Shown here: one piece after another, positions 21,487-35,049 of the stretch
Layout: each line of letters opens with the position of its first letter
Numbering within the stretch: the first letter of the stretch is position 1
From: Octopus vulgaris
Taxonomy: Eukaryota
NCBI GenBank assembly: GCA_951406725.2
Contig: OX597822.1
Location: 10,664,001-10,728,000 of the forward strand
Direction of reading: 5' to 3'
Length of the DNA: 64,000 nt
Made by a program: the position numbers and the translations under genes
The notes under the pieces: model-generated
What the model was told of the DNA's origin: nothing
Seen by the model: only the letters and a program-made list of their open reading frames with translations
Databases searched by the model: none

Positions 21487-21981
21487 TTAATTGTTTGTCG
21501 TAGACCCGTTAAGAAGTGGCTTGTATTTTGTAATAAAGAGATTTTCTTTACTTATTCTTTGTCTCGAGGTTGTATCGTCCCTAAATTGGTAGAGGGGGAA
21601 AATTCTGAAGTTTGGTGTTTTTTTGTTGGCGCAAGTATCTATGTGTTGGCTAAAAGCTATTTTTCTGTTTTGGGGAATTTTTATCTGGGATCTGTGCAGG
21701 GCCATTCGTTTACGCAAACCATTTTTTGTTTGGCCTATGTACTGCTCTTGACACCCGGAGCAGGTTAGTGAGTATATTAGGTTCTCCGAAGCACATGTGA
21801 AGTTGCTTTTCACTGTAAACCGTTGTCCCTGTTTGAAGGAGAACTCCGAACCCTCGATTAGATAGTCGCATATCCCGCAATTGGGTCTTCCACATTTTTT
21901 TACTGTCGGCTTCTGTGTTGAAGAGTGAATTCGGGCTTGTGTAAGGAGACTTTTCATGGATCTAGGCTGTCTTTTGCTTTT

Positions 21982-21984
<3 letters not shown>
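21487..21984 (-). pseudogene. 5'-truncated ORF2 fragment (Cys linker + GIY-YIG only) in unit 4
   Basis: 156-aa ORF identical to the ORF2 C-terminus; identity ends at TTTTAT, running into (TA)n. Confidence 0.9.
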
Positions 21985-22015
<31 letters not shown>

Positions 22016-22479
22016 TAGGTGTGTGTGTATGTGTGTGTGCGTTAATTTTGAAAGAAAATCTTGTCGCATTATTGGTGTAAGTATTTTGAATGTAAGGTAA
22101 AAGAAGCAGTAAGTTTTAATTTTTGTATTTTTCTTTTTCTTTTTTTTTACAATTCATTCAGTAGTGGTTAAATTCGTATCGACTTTTACACTATTAAAAT
22201 GAGTTTAGATCCGATCCATATTACCTACTTCATGCAGTATTAATTCAAAGAGGGGATCTTCGGCAATGGAGGCGGCAAGCATTACTTTTTCTGTCATTGG
22301 AATTGAAGATTTTGCTGTCCGGAAATGCTTACGATGGTTTGCCCAGTATCATTCGGAAAATTTTTCTCTCACAGATTCCCATCCACCTGGATGAACAAGT
22401 CCTGCAAATACTGAGATTCTGAAAACCGTAGCTAGGAAAAAGCCAAAGCAAGCTGTATGAAACAGTTGAATTGAAGTAA

Positions 22480-23270
22480 CACTTAGATCATAATATACCT
22501 TGATGAACTATGAAAAGTGTTTAAAATTGGTCAGTGAGGGCCGCATCTTTTGAGTGCTTTTCAGCTCATTCAAATAGTTGCCCTCTGTTTGTCCTTCAAG
22601 AGTAGACCAACTCCCGAACGTTTCCTGGGTATAATCATCACAAATGATGAAAGGTAAGTTCTCAAAAATCATATCAAACAAGAACAAAAGAAGTTAGAAT
22701 TTAATAAAAAATAAGGCTAATCCACTTCCAAACCTGGACTTGCGCCCGGAAGACCTATGATTAGTGTCTGGTGGGACATGAAGAAGTGTTGAAACAAAAG
22801 GTAACAGTTAATGAGCAGAAGTATTGAAATGTATTGGAAACATTGCGAAGAAATTTGCTAAAAAAGCAACCGCCATTAGCCAATCGTAAGGGAGTGTTGC
22901 TTTTACATGATAATACAAGATTAAATATTGGCCAACTCGCCCAGAAAAGCATTATGGTACTAAATACAGAAGTTTTCTCTCACACTCCTTAGTTTCCTGA
23001 CTTTATAGTATCTCTCTTCTTTTCAGATCATTACTGCGTAATTCAGAAGGAAAACTGTTTATTAATTGCGAACAGGTTAAAAATGACATTGAGCATTTCA
23101 TTGCTTCGAAACCTGAAGAATTTTACGCCTGAGAGATCAACAATTGCCAAATATTTGAAATTATGTTATCAATAAAGGAAAATGCTATCTTGATTAAATG
23201 TTTAAAATAAGACCAAAGAAGGATATATTTCCTTAGAATCCTGAAATGCGAAAGGTCTTCCTTTCAAACC
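22480..23270 (+). mobile_element. Degenerate mariner transposase relic
   Basis: Remnants IITNDE, RKGVLLLHDNTR, HTP*FPDF and FIASKPEEFY resemble mariner motifs (TGDE, HDNARPH, YSPDL). Many stops; boundaries approximate. Confidence 0.65.
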
Positions 23271-23766
23271 TAAAACATACAACACGCAGACACCTGTGTT
23301 GAGTTTGCATTTTCTTTTTGCTCAGGATTTTGCGAGTGCATTGCGATATTCTTTATACTGAGTAGTAGCAATTTAAAGCACTACATAACCACTACAACTA
23401 ACAACTGCACCGTGTATTGGGTCCACTTCTTTCTTTTATTGTTATTACATTCATAATGTATATCAACTCTGATGTGCTTTTTCTCTTTGTTTAGAAATGA
23501 AAATTGTGCAATACAGTTTCCTAATAGAAAAATGTGTTTCTCTGAGCATTATTTGTTTATGTTTAATTGACTCTTTGTATTGGTGGTATTTTGTTCAAAC
23601 GCACACCTGTGGGATGTATATATTGCATCATTTTCAATGTTCTATACTCTAAACACACACGTGCATGTATGTATATGTATGTATATATGCGTGAGTGTAT
23701 AAATATATATATACGTATGTACATGTATATATATACATACACACATATATGCATACATATATATAA

Positions 23767-23809
<43 letters not shown>

Positions 23810-24120
23810 TGTGTGTGTGTGTGTGTGTTGGCCTCTCCTGTCTTTAGACGACGTATGAGGGGTCGACAATTTCTTACCAAACAACCACACAGATGATTTG
23901 TTTATAGTGATGAAATGTTTGTGTAGACATAAGCTCACCCCCCCTCCGTCAAGTCGACATTACCAGCACATGTGCAACGGGTGCCACATGTCAAATGTAG
24001 AAATGATCGTGGAGCAACTTCAAAATGAAGTGCTTTGCTCAAAAACACAATGCAACACCCGACCTGAGAATCGAACCTACGATCTCACAATATATACAAA
24101 CATACATACATACATACATA

Positions 24121-24298
24121 TATAACGGGAAGCTTTATGAAAATAAACAAAAGACGAAGGCAGGTGGAATACAAACAAACAATTGTATTAGTATGGCGCT
24201 CAGGAAATATAAATAAAGCAAGTCTTTAACGTTTCGAGCCTACGCTCTTCAACAGAAAGATACACAGAAAAGAAACACGGAGAGAAACAAGTTGAGAA

Positions 24299-24300
<2 letters not shown>
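24121..24300 (-). mobile_element. PLE-like 3' tail with hammerhead-like motif (24223-24260)
   Basis: Sense strand reads TCTTT-CTGTTGA-A-GAGC-GTAG-GCTC-GAAA-CG-TT-AAAGA. Homologous to 60570-60900 and flanked by TA-rich microsatellites. Confidence 0.6.
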
Positions 24301-24360
<60 letters not shown>

Positions 24361-25390
24361 TTATTAAACTCTACTAAATGTAAATTTTCATTTAATTTCC
24401 TTCTCAGAACTAAATATAGGTAACTGTACTAACATCAAACCCTTAGTTTATACTATGAGATGATTAGACGTTTATGCATTTCCGAATGACATTTGCTGAA
24501 GGTATGAATTAACTTCATTCAAGATTAGAAATTATAAGTCTGACACAGATTGATGCCTGCGCATTTATTTATACTATTCATTATCCTCATAAGAATGGAC
24601 TAGCAGAGTCATTTGGGTATTAGATTAGAATATCTTGTGGTGGTTGTTTCGATTCTTTGCACTAGCAGTTCAAATCCTGTCGAGGTCAATTTTGCCTTTT
24701 ATTCTTTCGGAATCGAAAACATATTCCAATGCATGGAGGTGAATTGGCAGAACTGTTAGAGGGTCGGTGAGATGCTATGCTGTTTACAGCTCTTGGTATT
24801 TTGAGGGTAGCCCCTGCGGCAACGCTCTTGACAGACTGTCAGCTCAGATTGGCGATGTTTTCCTCGAATTAACATTGGTAACATGAAGAGTGAGAAATTG
24901 TATTCTTGTGCAAACTGCCCGTCTTTCTCAACAACATATTTCATAACCCTGCGCATACATAAACAGATTGGCTACAGAGGAGCCTGTTTCAATAAGATGA
25001 TGAGTAGCAGAATTGGTTTAGGTAACACACAACATGTCTTTATGTTGTTTCTTTTTCTGGGTCGAATCCCATCGAATTTCATAGGATTTTAATCCTTCTG
25101 GGGTTAGTAAAATAATTACCTTTCAACAACTGAAATTGATATAATTGATCGTTTACGCTGCACAATTCGAAGCTCTCTTTTTGCTAGAAATCATTATTAT
25201 CATTTTATTTATTGCATTGCAAAAGGACACCCAATTATTGTTTGAAATAAGACAAATTGTAAATAAATAGCAGAGATGGTTATTAAGTAATGAAATCCGT
25301 TGCTGACTTACAAACAGCTCGTATGATTAGTTCATTGGGTAATTAAATGTCAGAAAGAGATTTGATTGACAACATTATTAAGGTAGATGA

Positions 25391-25605
25391 AGGCGGCGAG
25401 CTGGCAGAACCTTTAGCACGCCGGATGAAATGCTTAGCGGCATTTCGTCCGTCATTACGTTCTGAGATCAAATTCCGCCGAGGTCAACTTTACCTTCCAT
25501 CCTTTCGGAGTCGGTAAATTAAGCACCAGTTGAGTATTGGGGTCGATGTAATCCATTATTCCACTCCACCAAATTCCAGGCCTTGTGCCTATAATAGAAA
25601 GGATT
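25391..25605 (+). mobile_element. tRNA-derived SINE (family GGCGGCGAGCTGGCAGAA...; further copies ~30893-31095, 31380-31520, 49605-49800, 50507-50825, 62509-62737)
   Basis: A-box-like TGGCAGAANCGTTAG, B-box GAGTTCAAATTCC, and a shared body GAGGTCGACTTTGCCTTTCATCCTTTCGGGGTCGATAAATTAAGTACCAG repeated across the window. Confidence 0.8.
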
Positions 25606-26480
25606 ATTAAGGTAGGTGTGTGTGTGTGTGTGAGAGAGAGAGAGTTGTTGATAATAGTATGTGTAACTTGCTCTTTGATAATTTGTGGCAATTAGAACAT
25701 CAACGAGATGCTGCGTCATATTGTGAACCAAAAATGTAACACCAAAATTATTGTCTGTTATCCGAAGCCTATAAGAATTCTTTTTGCTGTATCTCTTGCT
25801 TCTCAATGACACGGTCCTTAATGATATACTTGGCAATAGATAGTTGTGACTATTTTCGTTTAAGAGTAATTAACATCTTTCGTTGCAAGAATGCGCCATT
25901 GGATTGCAGAGACGAGGAAAGTCATGATGACCACACAAGGAACAAGGATCTCCCCTTACATTAAAGAACAATGTTTCGAAGGTGGGAACTGATTTGCGTA
26001 CCATGACAGAGTTCCGTGCGATGACAGAGCAGCTGAAACTGATATCAAATGCAGAATTAGAAATATCAGACAGGAGTTTTTCAGCGATTTTTCCAAAATC
26101 TGGTCTACTGGACAGCAACATTAAGATCTGCCGCTAAAAAAACATTGAACAACCACTGGCTCTTCATACAAGAACAATCTGGAAGAAAATGGCAAAAATT
26201 TACCAAAAATTTGGATTTCTTTTACCAAATCCAGAGAATTCTTACCACGATCATGTCAGAAGAAAGAATTTTTCAGAAAATCATCATTGGGAAGGTTCCA
26301 AGGATTACAGATTAGTTCACCGCCATCAGTTTTTCTGCTGGGAAAAAGTTCAGCGCGAACAAAGGTCAGTTAGGAATGTTCACCGCGAGGAAAGTTTACT
26401 GAGAAAATACGTCCATAGTACCTTACCGATAATAGTTAAAATACTATTTTATTGAAAATCAACAACAACAACAAAAAAAC

Positions 26481-26660
26481 GGTGAATTGATGACAGTAAA
26501 CTTTCCTTGCTATGAATTGATGACGGTGAATTTTCCCTACGATTAATTGATGTCGGTGAACTTTTTCTGCAGTGAATTGATGACGATGAACTTTCCCTAC
26601 CGTGAATTGATAACGGTGAACTTTCCATGCGGTGAACTGATGACGGTGAACTTTCCAGAC
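26481..26660 (+). repeat. Minisatellite, 6 x 30 bp (consensus GGTGAATTGATGACGGTGAACTTTCCCTNC)
   Basis: Directly visible 30-bp period. Inverted sub-motifs (AGTTCACCG) occur at 26310-26400. Confidence 0.85.
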
Positions 26661-26679
26661 ATGGGATTCAAGTTAAGGC

Positions 26680-26975
26680 AATTGAACAAACAATCTGCTC
26701 ATATTCTGCAGAAGCCAGACCGTTGGCGTACAAAAACTGCCGGTGTGTGATAGATGATTGAGAATTTTGCTAGCTTTTCAAAAGTACATGGTTAGTGACT
26801 GTTGCTAGGAGGAAAGAGAGATGGTAAACGCTTGAAAGGAAGACATTGAACAAACTGGTTTGATTGTATCAAGGACAAGAATAAACAGTTATTTATTGAA
26901 TGGATTAGAATGACACAGAAAAGAGCCGAATGGAGATCTTTGATATTCATCCCACTGAGATCAGATGGTACTTAA
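26680..26975 (+). mobile_element. 3' relic of an RTE-clade LINE
   Basis: Translates GKRDGKRLKGRH*TNWFDCI...RMTQKRAEWRSL, resembling the RTE C-terminal G.I.GKR.RGR...W.D.I...R..WR pattern. Confidence 0.55.
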
Positions 26976-27427
26976 CGCTCATGTTGATAAAGTCGGTGTT
27001 TAACATTTGATTTCTACATCGTATGCAGGATTTGGGGTTAGATGTTGCATCTATCGTGCTTTCTACATCTTCTCCATACGTGTTCGGTCTCAATGAAAGG
27101 GATCACGTTTATAGGATGTTGTAGTTGTAATAGTATGTAAGGTCTTATTTATGCGACCGAGTGTGAGGTGAGTATAGTTTTCGTATAGTGACAGGTACGG
27201 TAAAGGTTGAAAATTGCTCCAACAAACAATACTCTGCACATCAAAGTGATCTGGCATTTTAAAAGATTATTGTTTCATCTGTTTGTAGGTGATCTGCAAT
27301 TGCAGTCTGAGCAATCGGAATAAGAAATAATACTAAAGAACATTTGATTGCAAGTGTAAAAGTCAGCTATTATTATTATTGTTGTTGTTATTATTATTAT
27401 TATTTTTATTATTATTATTATTATTAT

Positions 27428-27508
<81 letters not shown>

Positions 27509-28011
27509 CAGCAGCAGCAGCAGTAGTTTTACATTTTTAATATTGCAGTTTCGTAAGGTGACGAAAAAGGTGCTAAATGCTGAGTGATATTTCGTCCCTT
27601 TTTACATTCTGAATTCAAAATCCCCTGATGTCTATATTATCTTCCATCCTGTCGGGGTCGACAAAATATGTACCAGTTGAATACTTCCTCCTTCGAAACT
27701 GCTGGTCTTGTGCCAAGATTCAAAAGCAGTGTTTCCGTTTCGCTCTCTGGATGCTCTGCGAGTGAAATTTGTGGTCGTGGCCTCTGTAGAACGCATTACA
27801 ATGTGCAATGCGCTTCTTCGTTTGTTTTTGTAGTATATTCCGTGCGAATGTAGATACCAACTACTGAGTGAATTTTGTAAGTAAAGCATGGAAACTTCCA
27901 AATCTTATATCAAGAGCGATTAGTTGTAATTTATTGCAATTTATTTTCTCCGCTCCTACAAAATGACTTAGAAACAATTGTTTTGTTAAAATTCCCAAAG
28001 ACATTCTTTTC

Positions 28012-28206
<195 letters not shown>

Positions 28207-28377
28207 ATATATATATATATGTATATATTTATATATATATATTATTCCTTTGTACTATCAATACAAGATCAGCAACATCGAACCCAGTATTCAACTGGTA
28301 CATATTTTATCGATAACGAAGGGATGAAATGGATGGCAGCATATACTTATGATATTATATGCATATATATGTACGTA

Positions 28378-28409
<32 letters not shown>

Positions 28410-28445
28410 AACAAAGTCAAAATGCGATAAAATAAAATTAATTAA

Positions 28446-28510
<65 letters not shown>

Positions 28511-29061
28511 TAGATAGATAGATATATATATATAGATATATAGATTTTATATGAACAAAACATTCAGACATAAGGTTTGAAATAAGATGTCACTATAGTT
28601 AATGCCATCTGTGAATAAAATTTAAAATTGATGCCATCAACAGAAGTAACATTTGTGGTTCGTAGGCAAAAAGCATTATTTAGCTATAAGATACAAATTA
28701 GCGCGAACCGTAATTATGCAGGAAAGCATCGTCTTGCTGGAAATAAGAGCTAAAGTCTTAAACCACGGCATATGACCAAGATTACAGAGAAATAACAGTA
28801 GACGAGGAAACGGAAGGAACCTTTACTCGCCTACTGTTATTTCTCTGTTGTGTTGGTGTTTTACAGTGGTTTAATTACGACTTTAGCTCTTATTTCTAGC
28901 CGGTTGATGCTTTTTTGAAACCTTAGGCTTATATATATCTATCTATATATATATATATATATAAATAATATATAAATATATGCATACATATATATTATTT
29001 ATATTATTATAAGATCGAACGCCACGCATCATTTTCCAAGTAAGTTTTATCTATCTGTCTG

Positions 29062-29175
<114 letters not shown>

Positions 29176-29280
29176 GATATTGATAGATAGATAGATAGAT
29201 AGATAGATATGTAAAAGTATACTCATCTAACTATCCATACCTCTTTTTCTGTATATATATATATATATAGGAAAGAGAAG

Positions 29281-29317
<37 letters not shown>

Positions 29318-29582
29318 ACAGAAAGACAGATGGGAGAAATAGTATGTCTATATACCGCCTATATACTACAAGATGTCTTCTTGACATCTTCGCCAAAAAG
29401 AAGAACAAAAAAAATAAGAATCGGGATAGGAACAAAGAACCAAAGTTCAATTATAAAAGAAAAAAAAATCAAGGAAATAAAAAAAAACTATCAATAAACA
29501 AAGAACATTTAGATACACAAATAAAAACAAAGCATGCAGCAACATGTAGCAGCAGCGGCTGCAGCAGTATTATTGGCGATGT

Positions 29583-29648
<66 letters not shown>

Positions 29649-29835
29649 ACAAAAAGAAGCTAAACCTACTGGGAAAGAAGGAAGGATGAGATGGTTGGAT
29701 TAAACCATCCCAATGCAGATTAGTCAATCAATAGGGGAGAGTAAAGGAACGAAGCAGCAATAGTGACAGGGTTAGGTCCAGGCCCGAAATGGTGAGAAGG
29801 AGGGCAAGTGAGAGGGGTAAGGAATAATGATATAT

Positions 29836-29879
<44 letters not shown>

Positions 29880-29920
29880 TTGTGTGTTTGCATGTATGTA
29901 TGTGTGTGCGTCTGCGTATG

Positions 29921-29956
<36 letters not shown>

Positions 29957-29989
29957 TATATATACATATATACATATATATATATATAC

Positions 29990-30037
<48 letters not shown>

Positions 30038-30041
30038 TTAT

Positions 30042-30078
<37 letters not shown>

Positions 30079-30120
30079 GTATATATATAAATATATTTAT
30101 TATATACATATATATATATA

Positions 30121-30159
<39 letters not shown>

Positions 30160-30233
30160 ATATATTCTCATATGTATTGATATGTGTACATAGTGTGAGT
30201 GAAAGGGAGGTGAGAGAGAGAAAGACAGCTGAG

Positions 30234-30302
<69 letters not shown>

Positions 30303-30334
30303 CAATAATGAATAACAAAAAAATATAACATATA

Positions 30335-30401
<67 letters not shown>

Positions 30402-31269
30402 ATCATTTTTTTGTCATTCATTATTTTTGTTGATATTGTTTTTGTTGTTGCTTGTGTTGTTCTATTGACATTGTAATGCTTCTTTTTCAATAAAACGATG
30501 ACACCTCATCATAACTGTAATACCTTGCCTTAAATCTCTTAAACCCCCCGAATTTCGGACAGACACTCGTTGTTCATTTGCAGTTTTTGTTGCTACTTTT
30601 GCTCCTCTGTTTTTTTTTTTGTTTTTTTTTCCTTTTTCTGTTGGAATTATTGATTATATTATTTATTGTTGCTGCTGTTATTCTCGATGGTCTTCCATCT
30701 TTTTTCTTCTCCTCTCAAGAAGGATGTCGTGATAAGACCGTTACGGCTACTGAATAAATTTCCATTTCTATGCATCAATTCACGTGGCGCGTTCAAATGT
30801 TGTTTGGGACTGACATCGCCGAACGCCCTTCTGGACGAAGATATCACTTTTGTGCCAAAATAAGAATTTTCTAGCTTTAATAATACGACTCAGGTGGCGG
30901 GCAGGCAGAATCGTTTGCAAACCAGAGAGAATATTTAGCAGCATTTCGTTCGGCTTTACGCTCTAACTTCATATTTACGCCGAGGTCGACTTTGTTTTTT
31001 ATACTTTCAAGTTCGATAAAATAATTACCAATCAATGTAGAATCAATGTAATCGACTATCCTGATCCCAAGAATTGGCATTGTGCCAAAATTTGAAAGCA
31101 GTATAATTATGTCATCGAACCCTCAAAAGTGAATAAAATTAAGTGGGAGTGGAATGTTGGGATAAACATGATCGCAAAACTTTCCCCCAAAATTACAGGC
31201 TTTGCACCTAATCTAGAAATAATCATAAGAAATCTGCTATTTTTGTTGTTACTGCTGCTGCTGCTGTTG

Positions 31270-31354
<85 letters not shown>

Positions 31355-31599
31355 CATTATTATTATTATTACTAATAAGTAAGTTGGCACAATCGTTAGC
31401 AAGCCGGACAAAATTCTTAGCAGCATTTCGTCCCTCTTTATGTACTAAGATCAAATTCTGCCGAGTTCGACTTAGCCTTTCATCCTTACGGGATCAACAA
31501 AATAAGTACCAGTTGAGTACTAAAAAATGGCTACTTTCGTCTTCTTTTCCACTGACTAAATTTCCACTCGTTATTTGTTCGTACTTGAATAACTATAAT

Positions 31600-32290
31600 T
31601 CAGATTGAATTACATGTCATCAGGACAGTATTCAAGAGTAATACAACACTTCGCAAATATCTCCTTCGGGTAAAAACAACCAATAGAAGAGAACATGACC
31701 AAAGACTGCGTGTACTCCACCCCATGCAGCTGTGGTAGGTTATACAAAGACGAAACATGTCACCCCATCATAATAAGGGTAGACGAACATCGCAAAGCTG
31801 TGGCACGGGGAGAAATTGATAAATCGGGTATAGCTGATCACGTATGAAAAAATGGAGACCACCTCCACCTGTGGGATGAAGTTAAAATAATAGACAGAGA
31901 AGACCACTGGAAAATACGAAAACTAAAAGAAGCAGCACAAATGCTAGGACACAACAACCTCCTGAGCAGACCAAGTGCAGATATGAGCAGCATATGGAAA
32001 CCGGTATTAAGGAAAGATATAAAAATATTAGATCTATAAACCCTAGAATTCACTTCATAATTGCCCACGGGCATATGGCATAGTGGTTAAGAGCGCGGGC
32101 TACCAGCCCCAAGATTCCGAGTTCGAGTCGAAGCAGTGAATTGAAAAACAACAAAAACATATAATAATAATTATAACAACATCATCGAAAAATATCTTAG
32201 AAATGAGAACCCAGGTTTGGAATTTTTCCCCCCAAGGCACCTGATGAAGGCTGGAGGGTATATCAGCCGAAACGTTGTGTTAACAACAAA
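31600..32290 (+). mobile_element. Poseidon/Penelope-type PLE 3' relic (GIY-YIG) with tRNA-like insert and hammerhead (32238-32279)
   Basis: VYSTPCSCGRLYKDET...RVDEHRKAVARGEIDKSGIADH...WDEVKIIDREDHWKIRKLKEA, followed downstream by CAC-CTGATGA-A-GGCTG...CAGCC-GAAA-CG-TT-GTG. Confidence 0.75.
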
Positions 32291-32319
32291 TAAGATTTTA
32301 AAAGTAGTTGTTTTCTGAT

Positions 32320-32745
32320 TACAGTCCTTTCTAACAATTGGCGTAAGAGTCCGACGGTCCCTATTTGAAAGTTTTGGTTTTCTCCCGGAGTTTTGTTTCG
32401 ACGAGGAGGTTTTTCCCTCTTTCTCAAAAGCTGTCATTTCTTTCTTTCTGGTGTGTCAAGTACTTCTTGACACACCAAGCATTTCGGCTATTTTCGTTAC
32501 ATTAGAGCCTGCGATACGAGCACCAATAATTTGACCTCTTTGAAAGTCCGATATATCTGACATTTTAATGAATTTTCTTATCTTTTTCTGAAGATATCTG
32601 AAAAGAAACAGCAATTTTAGTAAAACATATTAAGTAACACTAATAATAAATCAAAAAACATAATAATGAACAAGCTTTTGAAGGTTTTATGGATATTTCA
32701 AAATTATGATGCTATGTGTTTCCATTATTTTGTCCAACAAATGTA
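32320..32745 (-). mobile_element. Tc1-like transposon 5' fragment (HTH region)
   Basis: Minus strand reads MSDISDFQRGQIIGARIAGSNVTKIAEMLGVSRST...NSGRKPKLSNRDRRTL, the paired-like HTH plus a GRPR-like motif. Confidence 0.75.
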
Positions 32746-33245
32746 CACACACACACACACACACACACTCACACACACACTCACACACATACACACAAAC
32801 ACATTTATATACATACATACACAGAAACGCACATTTGTCCGTGTCTCTCTCTTTCTCTCCCTCTCTCTCAAACACATTGTCTTTCTCAAACACACACACA
32901 CTCTCTCTTTCTGTATGAATATATAATTTTCCATCTATACGAAATGTTAAGCTTCTAGATATATTTAATCATGTCAACTATTTTTCGCCTTCATGCTGAA
33001 AATTTCTAATACGAATGAAATAGAGATGTACAGGATTACGTACGACAAGTAAAGAGTAGAAAAAAAAAGATAATTATGTATGATTACGTACGACAAGTAA
33101 AGAGTAGAAAAAAAAAGATAATTATGTATATTCTATGTATCTTCTTCACTGCTCTTCGAATTAAATTTCAAGCTTCTAATCAAGCCATGTTTGATCTAGA
33201 AGTGATTATCTCCCTTACAGAGGCTAGTCAAGAGGGAACACAACA

Positions 33246-33324
<79 letters not shown>

Positions 33325-33362
33325 CATATGTCTGATGAAAATAGTAAATTTTTTATTTTCTT

Positions 33363-33480
<118 letters not shown>

Positions 33481-33599
33481 GCATAAACACACATATATAT
33501 ATACATACATATATATATATATATGTATATATACATACACGCATAAAATATACGTACACATACACACATACACGCATTCATAGATTAATAAATAGTTTA

Positions 33600-33634
<35 letters not shown>

Positions 33635-34051
33635 CATACATAGATACATACATACATACAAACATATATACACAGCTAAAAAGACAGACATACATGCACA
33701 CGCACATACACACGCACACCCACACGCAAATGCACGTACACACACGCATAGATAAACGCCCATACACACATACATACTGATATGTGTAGTTATGTGTGTG
33801 CGCGTGAGTTTGGGTATGTATGTGTGAGTGTATGTGTGTGTACCTGAGTTTGTGTGTGTATGTGTGTAATTGATTGTGAATGCAAAAAATTCTTGAAAGT
33901 ATAACGTGTCATATCTTGTCGATTAGAACAAATATAGATAAATATATTGATAGATTGATTATATGATCTCATTCTGGCATTATATACATACGTACTTACG
34001 TACATGTGCTTGTATGTATGTATGCATATACACTTATACATATATCCATAG

Positions 34052-34113
<62 letters not shown>

Positions 34114-34145
34114 GCACACATTCATCCATGCACACATATGTGTGT

Positions 34146-34199
<54 letters not shown>

Positions 34200-34239
34200 C
34201 TATACTGTTGCGCTTTCACATACGTAAATAAACATATGG

Positions 34240-34281
<42 letters not shown>

Positions 34282-34328
34282 GCATATAATATACGCACAC
34301 ATACACATACAAAACCACATATATATAT

Positions 34329-34363
<35 letters not shown>

Positions 34364-34381
34364 CCCGCATATAATATACGT

Positions 34382-34435
<54 letters not shown>

Positions 34436-34928
34436 GTATTTATATTATTTATATGTTGGGGCGGTGATTGGGTGGCTGTTGGTTAATATGACAGAGAAAT
34501 ATGTAGAATTTTTATTTAAAGATAAGAAAACGCCTACTTTTACGAGAAATTGTTTCATAATACACATGCAAATAATTTATATAATATTTCTCCATTTTCT
34601 GTTTTCTTTAAAATTTTAGCTTCATTAAAATTTTTATAAACCCGCGTTTATCTTTGTCTTCACCTTTCATTTATGAGTATAATATGATGGCATATCTATG
34701 CCCCTGGTAAAACATAGGTAACATACCAGTATTGTAATAGAGACTTCTATCCCTTAGACGGTTAATATAACCTCTAACTAAGCTAACCTATTATAATTAA
34801 TGCAAAATACAATAATGCAGAATTTCAGAATTGTATATTTACTATATATTCTATATGGTTTGTAGAATGATACATTTAGGAGCTTCTTTTAAGATTTCTA
34901 CCGGATTACTTGATTCTATATACTGTGA

Positions 34929-34993
<65 letters not shown>

Positions 34994-35049
34994 ACAAACA
35001 TATATATAGAGAGAGAGACACACACACATACACATATATATATGTATAA

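Larger units (their letters stand above)
7380..21984 (-). mobile_element. Head-to-tail tandem array of a two-ORF Penelope-like retroelement (3 full units + 1.33-kb 5'-truncated unit/pseudo-LTR)
   Basis: Units at 7380-11794, 11803-16227, 16236-20646 and 20655-21984, separated by ATATATAT. Translated ORFs are identical between units. Both ends abut (TA)n. Confidence 0.95.

Noticed and set aside
7380-21984. LTR retrotransposon or telomerase interpretation of the array
   Set aside because: No protease, RNase H, integrase, PBS or TG...CA termini, and no telomeric repeats. The GIY-YIG domain and RT motifs indicate a PLE.
26481-26660. CRISPR-like 30-bp periodicity
   Set aside because: Contiguous repeats with no unique spacers and no cas genes, in a eukaryotic context.
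32069-32140. Possible tRNA gene (also the heads at 5424, 25391, 53449 and 62509)
   Set aside because: A/B boxes are present but the acceptor stems do not pair properly and most continue into shared repeat bodies, so they are SINE-type heads.
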